From: Octopus sinensis | Taxonomy: Eukaryota | DNA: 64,000 bases | Assembly: GCF_006345805.1 (NCBI RefSeq) | Contig: NC_043016.1 | Coordinates: forward strand, 26,784,001-26,848,000 | Direction: 5' to 3' | Part shown: in pieces, positions 43,233-56,333 of the stretch | Position numbering within the stretch: the stretch's first letter is position 1 | Layout: every line of letters starts with the position of its first letter | Notes under the pieces: model-generated | What the model was told of the DNA's origin: nothing | What the model saw: the letters and a program-made list of their open reading frames with translations, nothing else | Databases searched by the model: none | Program-made: the position numbers and the translations under genes

Positions 43233-43443
43233 ATATGTATATATATATATGTAGTATGTATATATGTACATATTATATATATATATGTATATATGTATAT
43301 ATATATATGTATATATGTATATATATATGTATGTATGTATATATGTATATATATATGTATGTATATATGTATATATATATGTATGTATATATGTATATAT
43401 ATATGTATGTATATATGTATATATATATGTATGTATATATGTA

Positions 43444-43476
<33 letters not shown>

Positions 43477-43718
43477 ATATATATGTATGTATGTATGTAT
43501 ATATGTATGTATGTATATATGTATATATATATGTATGTATGTATATATGTATATATATATGTATGTATGTATATATGTATATATATATGTATGTATGTAT
43601 ATATATACATATAAATATACATATATACATACATATATACATACATACATACATATATACATACATACATATATACATATATACATACATACATATATAT
43701 ATATATATACATATATAC

Positions 43719-43751
<33 letters not shown>

Positions 43752-44794
43752 CATACATACATATATATACATATATACATACATATATACATATACATAC
43801 ATATATATATATACATACATACATACATATATACATACATATATACATACATACATATATACATACATACATACATATATATATACATATATACATACAT
43901 ATATACATACATATATACATACATATATACATACATATATACATACATATATACATACATATATATACACATATATACATACATATATATATATACATAT
44001 ATACATACATATATACATACATACATACATATATACATACATACATATATACATACATACATATATACATACATACATATATACATACATACATATATAT
44101 ACATATACATACATATATATACATATACATACACACATATATACATACACACATATATACATACACACATATATACATACACACATATATATACATACAC
44201 ACATATATATACATACACACACATATATATACATACACACATATATATACATACACACATATATATACATACACACATATATATACATACACACATATAT
44301 ATACATACACACATATATATACATACACACATATATATATACATACACATATATATATACATACACATATATATACATACATACACATATATATACATAC
44401 ATACACATATATACATACATATATACACATATATATATACATATATACACATATATATACATATATACACATATATATACATATATACACATATATATAC
44501 ATATATACACATACATACACATATACACATATATATACATATATACACATACATACACATATATATATACATACATACATACACATATATATACATACAT
44601 ACACATATATATACATACATACATACACATATGCACATACATACACATATACACATACATACACATATACACATACATACATACACATATACACACACGT
44701 ATATATACATACACACGTATATATACATACACATACATACATACACATACACATATATACATACACATATATACATACACATATATACATACAC

Positions 44795-44875
<81 letters not shown>

Positions 44876-45329
44876 TATATACACACACACATACATATAT
44901 ACGCACACACACACACATACATACACACATATATATATATTATCAATATTAGGAAATCAATATCAAAACTCCTCAGAAAGATATACACGAGTGTAAAATA
45001 ATTGTTGTATTAAAAATATATAAAGAAATAAATATAAATATGTATAAAAATATATGTAAATATGTATAAGCATAAATATATAATGTATATGATAGTTTAA
45101 AAGTTCTGAATTAATTATTTAAAGCATCTTACGATCGTTTCACAGAATGGAGAAAGCTTTAGAAGTTCATTTTATATTTTCAACTGTCCAGGTTTCTCTT
45201 TCTTCCCTTTCTTTTTCATGGGAGAATGAATTTATTTCCAATCTCGAAGAGTCTCCCTTTCAAGTGGGATTTTACATTGTCACTGAAGTGTTTATTTCAA
45301 TAAGATCTTTATTCTTCACTTCATGAGAA

Positions 45330-45850
45330 TACTTCTGTCTCAGGGAATGGTGTTTTCATGTATAATGGCTCTCTTCTTTGGGACATATTGCATGCATATG
45401 GTTCGCATTATTGACATGATTTTGTTGAGTTTCATATCTATGTCTTGCAAAGAGAGGTTTTTTAGGCCAGCCCTGCTGGAGTATCTGTTTTTCATGTGAC
45501 TTCCAGTTAGCCTTATAGAAATTTAGGCTGGATAGTGTTTCAGCACCACCTGTGCGAAGTTTATCTTTAGTTAATTCCAGGCCATACATTGTCAGTTCCA
45601 TCATTTTATGGTCTGAGAATATTGTCAGTGATGAATTCACAATGTGGATAATTTCCACATTGTAAAACAGAAGTGTAGGATATTTTTGTGCCTAGTTGGA
45701 GAGAGTATGATCTGCTCCATGAATAGCATTTTTGTAAGATCAAGTTGAGATTCTGCTTGATTTTGCTGTTTGTGTGTCATTCCTGGGTGTATGTCACCCT
45801 CAGACCACCTGATGTTGAGGAAGTTGATGTCACCTACCAGGAATACAATC
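45330..45850 (-). mobile_element. LINE ORF2 AP-endonuclease relic
   Basis: VGDINFLNIRWS, then MEQIILSPTR, SDHKMMEL and NFYKANW motifs. Confidence 0.7.
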
Positions 45851-46639
45851 TAGATATTTGGAGTATATATGCAATCATCCTTGTATAACTGAGGTCGGTC
45901 TCAACTAACTCCATTTTGTTCATTTCTGATGGCTAGCCAGAGTGAGGTGCATCTTGAACAGAAAAATTTCCCAATTGAAATCCTGTAAACCACTTCTAAC
46001 ACACATACTCCAAGACAGTAACGGCATTATTCCTATACAAAGGAAATATCTTCCTGCAGGTTTGCATTGCATTCTTGCCTTTTTAAAAATAAAGCATGAG
46101 GTGTCAATAGTGTTCATTTTGGTTCTTCATTTTCAGGGTGATGCCAAGCACACAATACAACTCATCTCATTGCAAGTTTGCATTGAACTAGGTTAGTGTG
46201 TCAGGTATCTAACAAGTTTGCATGCAGAAAGGAAATAAGCAACTGAATGTTTTGGCCAACCCAATACATACATACACACATGTACATACATATTTATTCT
46301 TTCTACAACAAGTACAAGGCTTGTAATTTTGTGGAGAGGAGGTGGTTGATTACATCAACTCCAGTGCTAAACTGTTACTTAATATGAGATACCTATATTC
46401 AAAGGTTAAAAGGCAAAGCTAAAGCTGGTAGAATTTGAACTCAAAATGTAAAGCCAGTAGAAATGTTGCCAAATCAGTGTGCTAACGATTATCTCACATA
46501 CACATCTATAAAATAGAATCAAGGGAGACTGATGGTGGCCTGTAACATCAAGATGTGTTGTATTTTGAAAAAAGAAAAGAGTAAAATGGATTTAGTTGTT
46601 CAGAAAGCAAAGTAGACATAATAAGAACTGGCTGGGTAG

Positions 46640-47235
46640 TATTCAAAGAAGCTGTTACCACTGCTGGCACAAAAGTGGTATTTTTCTCAGAGTGAATGCT
46701 AGATTGCATGATGCTTGTGTATGAAGTGCAATGATGAATGGTAGTGAAATATGGGCCTTACAAAGAGAGAAATAAAGTGAGCATGCATACAGGATTTGTA
46801 ACATTAGTGTGTATGAACACTGGGGGCACAAGTGGGCTCAGAAAAAAACTGAATATAGGAATTCATGTGTAGTGTATAGGTGAAAAGACTACTTTAGTAT
46901 GGGCATGTTATGCATATGAAAGATAACTATATAAAAAAATGTTGCACATTCAAAGAGAAATTGAGCATGTAAAAGAGGGGAAACCAAAGAAACTTGGAAC
47001 AAAGTGATGAAGACAAATCTGAAGTTGTATCTTATGAAGGAAGTCAATGAAGTTATTACCTCTGTTGGCAACAAAGGTCTTTTCTCTCAGAGTGAAGATT
47101 ATATTGTACTATGCTTGCATTAAAATTGTTATGCAGCATGGTAGTAAGGCATAGGTTTTGAAGGCAAAAGAGTTGAGAAGTTTAGAAAGAAATGAGACAA
47201 GCATGTCCAAGGCTGTGTAATGTTAGTATGTATGA
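46640..47235 (+). mobile_element. Decayed RTE fragments
   Basis: GSEIWAL and RGKPKETW remnants, plus a second LEKFRK-NETSM-like piece. Confidence 0.55.
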
Positions 47236-47484
47236 ACACGAACAGAGTACTACACACAGACACACACACACACATGCACACTCATCTTTTGGTCAAGGTG
47301 GCAGCAGTAGAAATTATCCTTTTATAAGGTCTAAAAGACAGGAAGGACAGCAGGGTAATATTCTCAAACTGGAGACCAGAATTAAATACTTTCAAGAGAA
47401 GACTGCACTAAAAGGAATACCTTTTGGTGCAGTCATATATGCATATGAATTTACCTCTCATATGCATATATTATTCCTCAACTA

Positions 47485-47822
47485 CATGCTTCTGGGTTCA
47501 ATTCTACTGCCTGGCACCTTAAGCAAGTGTCTTTTTTTATAGCCTCAGGCTGGACAAAGACTTGTGAGTGGGATCTATTAGAGGGAAACTGAAAGAAGCA
47601 CATCGTGTGTGTGTGTGCTTTTGTGACTGTGTTTGCCCCCCAACCATGGCTTGACAACTGGTGTTGCTGTGTTTACACCCTTGTAATTTAGTAGTTCAGC
47701 AAAAGAGACAGCTAGAAGAAGCACCAGGTTTTAAAAAAAGTACTGGGGTCAATTCATTCATCTAAAATTTCAAGGTAGTGTCCCAGCATGGCCACAGTCC
47801 AATGACTGAAAGAAGATAAAAG
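47485..47822 (+). mobile_element. tRNA-derived SINE with CR1-like tail
   Basis: B-box GGTTCAATTC, core GGCACCTTAAGCAAGTGTC, internal (GT)n, 3' GTCCCAGCATGGCC..TGACTGAAA. Confidence 0.75.
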
Positions 47823-48079
47823 GTGCATTGAATTATTTCCCTTGATTCAGTTTATTTCTAACCATGTCTGCTACCTAGATTATGAGCATATGTTGGTGTG
47901 CCTATGATAGCAAATATGTTTGAATGCTAAAAAGACCAGAAGTCTAGCCAAATTATTTCCCTTACCTCACACTATTCTTTTAATATTTCCTTGCATACGA
48001 AATATAACCTAGCTGTTAAGGAAATTTACAAAACAGATAAAAATTGACCACAAAAAGAAAATAAGGACATGAAACCTTG

Positions 48080-49060
48080 TGTATATATACTCATACACAC
48101 ATACATACACGTATATATACACACACATACACACACGTATATATACACACACATACACACACGTATATATACACACACACATACACACACGTATATATAC
48201 ACACACATACACACACGTATATATACACACACATACACACACGTATATATACACACACATACACACACGTATATATACACACACATACACACACGTATAT
48301 ATACACACACATACACACACGTATATATACACACACATACACACACGTATATATACACACACATACACACACGTATATATACACACACATACACACAAGT
48401 ATATATACACACACATACACACAAGTATATATACACACATACACACAAGTATACATACACACACATACACACAAGTATATATACACACACATACACACAA
48501 GTATATATACACACACATACACACAAGTATATATACACACACATACACACAAGTATATATACACACACATACACACAAGTATATATACACACACATACAC
48601 ACAAGTATATATACACACACATACACACAAGTATATATACACACACATACACACACGTATATATACACACATACATACACGTATATATACACACACGCAT
48701 ATATACACACATACACACACGCATATATACACACATACACACACGTATATATATACACACACACACACACACGTGTATATATACACACACACACATGTGT
48801 ATATATACACACACATACACACATGTGTATATATACACACACATACACACATGTGTATATATACACACACATACACACATGTGTATATATACACACACAT
48901 ACACACATGTATATATATACACACACATACACACGTATATATATACACACACATACACACGTATATATATACACACACATACACACGTATATATATACAC
49001 ACACATACACACGTATATATATACACACACATACACACATGTATATATATACACACACAC
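48080..49060. repeat. ~26-bp minisatellite with blocks of variant units
   Basis: Unit GTATATATACACACACATACACACAC; successive blocks of cGT, aGT and tGT variants. Confidence 0.9.
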
Positions 49061-49259
49061 ACATACATGTATAGATAAACGTACACACACACATGTATAG
49101 ATATACGTACACACACACACACACACAAACACATGTATAAACGTACATACACACAAGTTTAGATATGCATACACACACATGTTTAGATATGCATACATAC
49201 ATGCTGTAAGCTATAAGTGTTAACTTGCATTGAAACTTAGCCCACGAAGACACACCGAT

Positions 49260-49297
<38 letters not shown>

Positions 49298-49307
49298 TAT
49301 ATATATA

Positions 49308-50328
49308 CTAGCAGTATCGCCCGGCGTTGCTCGGGTTTGTAAGGGAAATAACTATATAAGCATTTTTAGAGAGTTACTTCCTTTATAGATGCCAATTCGG
49401 GCTTTCTTAGCCATTTCTGTTTTGGTGTCTTCAAGCCATGAAGTCGTTGTTCTAAAAGAACGCTGGTCTCCTTGACAACGCATTACGACGTGATTTCCTT
49501 AAACTCCCTTCCCCACAACTTCACGAGGGAGGGAAGAAGGGGGAGAAGCAAACACAGGTGCAGGTGTTTGAGCGTGGACGCCAACCCTGCCGCCATCGAC
49601 ACACGAAAAATTATGCATTAAAATGGAATAAAAAATGATGTTAAATTATTTTTAAAATCGTAGACTCATCGTAGACGCGCGCTAATAGCCAGACGGGCTC
49701 GATATTAATCACGACTATAAGATACCCGAATTTGGTTAAACTGCACCGCAAAATGTGGGAGGAGTTAGGAATCTAAATCGTAGGAGACAGACACTCACAC
49801 AACTACAGTTTTATATATATACTAGCAGTATCGCCCGGCGTTGCTCGGGTTTGTAAGGGAAATAACCATATAAGCATTTTTAGAGAGTTACTTCCTTTAT
49901 AGATGCCAATTCGGGCTTTCTTAGCCATTTCTGTTTTGGTGTCTTCAAGCCATGAAGTTGTTGTTCTAAAAGAACGCTGGTCTCCTTGACAACGCATTAC
50001 GACGTTGATTTCCTTCCCCACAGCTTCACGAGGGAGGGAAGAAGGGGGAGAAGCAAACACAGGTGCAGGTGTTTGAGCGTGGACGCCAACTCCGCCGCCA
50101 TCGACACACGAAAAATTATGAATTAAAATGGAATAAAAAATGATGTTAAATTATTTTTAAAATCGTAGACTCATCGTAGACGCGTGCTAATATCCAGACG
50201 GGCTCGATATTAATCACGACTATAAGATAGCTGAATTTGGTTAAACTGCACCGCAAAATGTGGGAGGAGTTAGGAATCTAAATCGTAGGAGACAGACACT
50301 CACACAACTACAGTTTTATATATATAGA
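49308..50328 (-). mobile_element. Head-to-tail dimer of a ~510 bp non-autonomous Helitron
   Basis: Units 49308-49821 and 49822-50328 are near-identical. Outer ends A|TC (50328) and CTAG|T (49308); hairpin CCCGAGCAACGCCGGG in each unit. Confidence 0.88.
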
Positions 50329-50907
50329 TATATATATATATATAAAGTATAAACAAACGAAAAAAATGTAGGTGTAGACTATCTTTGAAGGATTTCAGTT
50401 CTAACCTCTGATATATATATATATGTATTATATATATATAATCATCATCGTCGTCATTTAACGCCCGTTTCCCATGTTGGCATGGCATGGACGGTTTGAC
50501 TGGGGACTGGTAAGCCAATATGCCTCTAAGCTTTGTGAGAAGATTTATAGATAGAAACTGAAAGAAGCTCATCATATATGAGCATGTGAGTGGGGTGTGC
50601 ACAGCGGTGTGTGCATGTGTGCCACATAGACTTGGCATCATGCAATAACTGAAAAATTGATGTCACTGTCATACACACAATTTCTAGCCAGGGAGAAATA
50701 TTACCATGTTCAGAAACAGGTGAGGGTCAATGACATGAATGGTATCCACCCTTAGAAAAGCTACATCAAGTAATTCCATCTGGTCTGCGTAAGCATAGAA
50801 AAGTGGATGTGAGTGTGATGATGATATGTGTGCGTACATATCTATACACACACACACACGCATACATGTCTACACATGCATACATACATACACACATATA
50901 TAGATAT

Positions 50908-51756
50908 ATGTGGTCTGATCAATACGCTTCCAGACTGTTGCCATAGTAACGAAGCTAAAGCACATAGAGTGAAGCTACTTGGCACAGATTGACCTTGAAC
51001 TCTGGTGTGCATGCGTACTACGTTTTAACATTCTAGCTCACTTCTGATGTTTACCATGACAGAGGAAGTTGAGCAGAGAATCTGCATCAAATTTTGTCTA
51101 AAGCTTGGTGATGCGTGCTCAGAGGCTTATGCAAAGGATTCAAAAAGTTTTCATCATTCTTAACACAATAAAGGAGATCTTGTGCAACTGAAACCTGAGT
51201 GTCTTCTTGGTCAGCTGAAAGCAGTTTTGGCACAAACTTGGCAGACAACGGTCTCATACCCAAATCTTCAGTGATAATAGACTAAATTGAACTGTAACTG
51301 ATCTGCATACCCTCTAATAATTCACTTATGGTGATTTGAGGATTTTCCCTTACAGCTGCATGTACATTGATGCTTTTCTCAGTTCTGCTGGTTGTAGGTA
51401 TCCCAGAATGTTCATCAATACTGACATTTTTCAGCCATTACGAAAACGGCCGAACCATTCGTACAATTGTGTGTGGCCTATATACTCCTCTCAATACACT
51501 TTCTGCAACTTTGCATAGGCCTGTGAGCAGGTATTGGCAAAACAACTTTCTCTGTCATAGTCAATGTCACAATCACACATTACACATCTTCCTTCTAAGT
51601 ACTGCTATAAACAGTGGAAATGAAATACAATGTTCAAAACTTAGGGCGCATACACAGCAGCATACAAGTTCAATCTTTGCCAAGCAGCTTCACACTGCAT
51701 GCTTTACCTTCATTACTATGGCAACAGTCTCGATACTTATTGATCAGACATCGTAT
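50908..51756. mobile_element. mariner-derived element with long TIRs made of two inverted 5' ends
   Basis: ~55-nt TIRs (GTCTGATCAATA..GACTGTTGCCATAGTAA / TTACTATGGCAACAGTC..TATTGATCAGAC). MTEEVEQRICIKFC on plus; MTEKV..AYAKLQKVY and DLGMRPLSAKFVP on minus. Confidence 0.8.
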
Positions 51757-51769
51757 TGATCAGACACAT

Positions 51770-52010
51770 ACATATATATGAATACACATGCACACACATG
51801 TATGAATACACATGCACATACACGTATGAATACACATGCACACACACGTATGAATATACATGCACACACATGTATGAATATACATGCACACACACGCATG
51901 TATGAATGTACATGCACACACATGTATGAATATACATGCACACACACGCATGTATGAATGTACATGCACACACATGTATGAATGTACATGCACACATGTA
52001 TGAATACATA
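51770..52010. repeat. Minisatellite (TGTATGAATATACATGCACACACA-like units)
   Basis: About 9 units of 24-30 nt. Confidence 0.85.
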
Positions 52011-52439
52011 TGTGTATGTATACATATATATAGACATATATAACTATACACACATACATATATATGCATACACATATACATGCAAGCATATGAACATATA
52101 GATACACGCAGACATGTATATATATATATATACATACACAGACATGTATATATACATATATATACATACACAGACATGTATATATACATATATATACATA
52201 GACATGTATAAATATATATATATATATATACATACGTGTATATACACACATACACACATGTATATATACATATTACACACATACATACACATATATACAT
52301 ACATATATATGCACACATATATACACACACATATATATACATGCATATATATGCATACATATATACACACATATACATACATACACATATGCAAATTCAC
52401 ATACATGCATACACATATGCAAATTCACATACATGCATA

Positions 52440-52470
<31 letters not shown>

Positions 52471-52655
52471 ACACGTACATACATATATACACATACATAC
52501 ATACATATACACACATACATACACACACACATATATGCGCATATAAATATATATGCATATATATATGTGCCCACACACACACGTGCACACACACACACAC
52601 ATATGTGCACCCACACACCCACACACGTGCACACACACATGTGCACAGACACATG

Positions 52656-52690
<35 letters not shown>

Positions 52691-52925
52691 GTGTGTGTGT
52701 GTGAGAACAAAGTGTATGTACGCTGCCATGTATATAAAATAAAATACAAAATGGGACAAGAACGCAAAACATCTGGACAACTAGGTGATACAAAAAGGGA
52801 CAACAAAACATCCAGATAACCGATACAAAAAGAAAACATGAACGGGTCATTCGAAGCCTTTTATCTTCAGTCAAGAACCGGATCATCCTTGCAATTTCAG
52901 TTGATTAAGTGTGTATAAGTATGTG

Positions 52926-52958
<33 letters not shown>

Positions 52959-53114
52959 ATATATATATGCATATGTTTTCTCTGTCCCTTTCTGTAGAAG
53001 AGCGTAGGCTCAAAACGTAAAGGACTTTTTCTATTCCTGAGCGTTATACTAATACATCTATTTGTTTTGTACACCACCTGTCTTCGTCTTTTTTTCTTTT
53101 TTTTCATAAACTCT

Positions 53115-53168
<54 letters not shown>

Positions 53169-53199
53169 CAATATTAATAAGGATTACCTTTAATTCTTT

Positions 53200-53750
53200 A
53201 ATTATATATTACACATTTCAAATGCACCAATTATTTGAAGCAGTGTTGGAACTCTTGCAAAGTGATGCCTTTTAACATCTCCATTGGTTTTTTTCTTCAC
53301 CTCTGCCACACTTCCACATCTGCAAATTCTATAGTACCAGCTTTCATGACCTTTGAAAAAGGTCCAGATAAACTTCCAACTGTTCTTTCAGTTCACGTCA
53401 CACATTCAGTAGTGATTGCCTTTGATCTTTTGTAAGCAAGCGAGGCACAAATTTCGCTGCAACTTTTTCATTCACTTGCTCAAAATTTGTTGGCAGGAGC
53501 TTCAGGATACACCAGTCATATCAACAAGTTTCTCAATTGTTTGGTGATGGTCCTCTAAAATCAGTTCATCAGTTTTCATCATGTTTCCATTTGTTCGGGA
53601 GGTTGACAGTCATCCTGAATGAGATTGGCCTTCAAGCAACAAGTGACCATTCCTAAAGCATGGAAATCATTTGTAACTCGTATTTGCTCATTGCAGCATC
53701 CGAGTAAGTTGCTTGAAGCATGTCAACTGTTTCAGTCACTGTTTTCCCCA
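53200..53750 (-). mobile_element. Decayed mariner relic
   Basis: KVAAKFVPRLL on minus (~53430-53470) and an LKGIT-type C-terminus (GITLQEFQHCFK). Confidence 0.6.
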
Positions 53751-54599
53751 GCAGGTAAGTCTCTATTCTCATACATTTCAGCCTCATCCACTAGACAACC
53801 ACTTTTGCAATAGCCACCAGACAAAGAAAAACTCCCTGACTGTCCTGGTTAAAGAATAGTGATGGGGTAATCATCACTATGAACTCAGCTAATAAACATC
53901 CATCCCACTCCAATAGCAGCATTGACTCCAAAAGTCAGCAATGCCAAGACATTGAACCAGTGTATACAGAATGGTTTTGTCTCTGCATTCATCTTGGACA
54001 AGCCTGTCTGACAGTACAGCCATGCCTGTAGAGTTTATTTCAAACTGATAGTGAACTGCCTCTGTAGCACTGCCAACTTCTAGAAAATATCTATGGTAGT
54101 CTCTAACTAGAAGGTCCTCTGGAACAGACTAGCCTGTTCATTTTTTTTGGCATTCAGTTTCCCTGAGAATGAATGTCAGACTTACCTGCAACTAATCCTC
54201 TATATATTGCTAGTGCAATGCCAACCAATCCCCTTACCTGACTAGTAGAGGGCTGTGAGCATCTGATAACATTATAGGTACCAGACACCATGTCATGTTT
54301 CTACCATTTTTTTGTATTTTGCCACGAAGAGCCATTCTCATCACTAGCATGCCTTTACAAATCACTTCTTCAAGGTTGTAAATTAATTCTTCCTCTAATC
54401 AATTGTTTTCCTATTACTAGCTCTTTGCTAAATGCTATTAATTCTACTTTAATTGCTTTCTTCAGGGTGACCTAAAACTAGCTGTTGACAATTGCTTCTG
54501 TCAACTGCCACTTAACTAGTTCACTAATCCAGTCTCTGTAGCCTTTGCATGCCAGTAAGGATGCATTCAATTTCCAGTAACCAGGTCTCTAAACAGTAA

Positions 54600-54880
54600 T
54601 GTGCCAGCGTTAGTATTTGATCTTCTTCGAGGGATCAAATGCTCATTTCATCTGCAGGGAAGTTGATGGCCTCAGCTTTTGGGGTGCAAAAGGGATTGTG
54701 TTTATTGACTATTTTCAAAAGGAACACACCATCAATGGAGCATATTTACTAAGACATTTATGAAAGGCTATCAAGACCAAACATCCAGGAAAACTGACAA
54801 AAGGGGTTTTGTTTCATCAAAGCAATGCTCCAGCACACAAGTCCTTGCTTTCAATGGCTGCTGTGAAGTGTTTTGTAGAA
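54600..54880 (+). mobile_element. mariner transposase catalytic-domain fragment
   Basis: SAGKLMASA..AKGIVFIDYFQKEHTING and LFHQSNAPAHKS. Confidence 0.75.
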
Positions 54881-56333
54881 GAAAACAAAAACATTCTAAC
54901 TCTAATTACCAATGTTGCTATGTTTAAGCTGACTGGTAAATTGAAGTAAATGATACATTTTGTTTTATGGTTCATTTGTAAGGCTTCAGGTATATAGGTC
55001 TTCATTACAGAATAGTGCTGATTTGTTGAATAATATTTTGTCAGATGACATCGTATTCTCCAACATTATGTTGCTGACTAGGTTCTTTATTAGTGCTCTT
55101 TATTTCGAAAGCAAATAGTTCTACCATTTGTATGTAGATAGTGATAGCTCAGCTTTTTGTAAGGATAATATTTTCCTGTGTTTAGACTTGGTGACTTCAG
55201 TCAGAAATAAAAATTTATCAAAGGTCATAAGTTCAGCAAAACAGGATATACATCATATAACCAACAGGCAGATACAGAACAACTACTGAACCAACAAAGG
55301 GACAAGTGATAAATAACTAGCTAAACATGACAAAGTTTAGAAAAACAGGATGGGGTGTGGTTGGTTATGCAACAGACAAGCAATGACAAAACTGAATTGG
55401 GCAATTGCAAATGATACATAAATAAACAACCCCAGAAAAAGTAGGATTGGTGAACAATCCCAAAACAAAAATCATATAGAGTCACATGAGAACAAAGTTG
55501 GCTAATGAGAAAATACAACCAAAGAATTAGCATATAAAAGCAATATCAACTAGAGACATCATTTTAATATTAGAAATCAACGAATGAAAACAACAGCCAG
55601 AGATAAAAGCATGAACCTACTCCAATACATATAACACTAGCCCAGATATCACACAAGATAGTTCTTGCCTGAAGATTGCAGTGAGTAGCAACCAATCTTG
55701 AATTGCAAGAAAACAGAATTAAGTTTAAACTACAGGCACACACTACACGCTTGCTTATGGGGGCCCATAGAACTTGATGTTGCCCATTTTCTCTTTCAAT
55801 TCTGATCTTTAAATGTTTGTACTATCTAAAGATCAGTAGCAATACACAACTAACTGAAGAATCATGATTGCTACTACCAATGTTACACCTACTGTATGCC
55901 TGCATGAATGAAGAACTGACATAAGTGGCAGTATTTCATTGTTGCAGATGTGTATTATATCCAAACAACCACAATGAAAATCTCTGTGATCCAAGATTCA
56001 TGATCCCTGACACTTACACAACGAAGCTTTACAATAGTGCCAGAAATATTTCCTAGCACTACTAACTTTGATGTGAAGGGGATCCAAGAAGACTTAACTT
56101 CTCTTGGCAGCTGCAAGAAGCTAGCAGAAATTCAGTCAAAATCACCTTAAGGCTGACATACACAGCTTGTTTTTCTTTTAGAATGTACTCTCCTAGTCCA
56201 CATATTCCAGGATTCATTCTAAAGACAACAGGGTAGCACAGACAGGTCACTCCCATGACACCTAAGGATCTTTATCTACCCCTATTACTGTGACAGATGT
56301 TCTGGTAAAAACTAAGAGGTTATCCTTTATAAA

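Larger units (their letters stand above)
37300..44940. repeat. ~7.6 kb compound TA/CA microsatellite field interrupted by LINE and Helitron inserts
   Basis: ACAT-polarity 37320-39805, ATGT-polarity 40660-43605, ACAT-polarity 43605-44940. Confidence 0.95.

Noticed and set aside
37280-44996. Very long ORFs (600-910 aa) of Y/I/M/C/V/H/T
   Set aside because: Translations of TA/CA microsatellite, which lacks stop codons in several frames; not proteins. The same applies to 7598-9102, 32797-34477, 48009-49253 and 51737-52886.
47485-47540. tRNA gene
   Set aside because: Only a B-box-like SINE head; no cloverleaf can be formed.
48080-49060. CRISPR-like periodic array
   Set aside because: No unique spacers, low-complexity units, no cas genes, eukaryotic context.
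53760-54600. Possible additional LINE fragments on minus
   Set aside because: Too decayed to assign a family or boundaries by eye.
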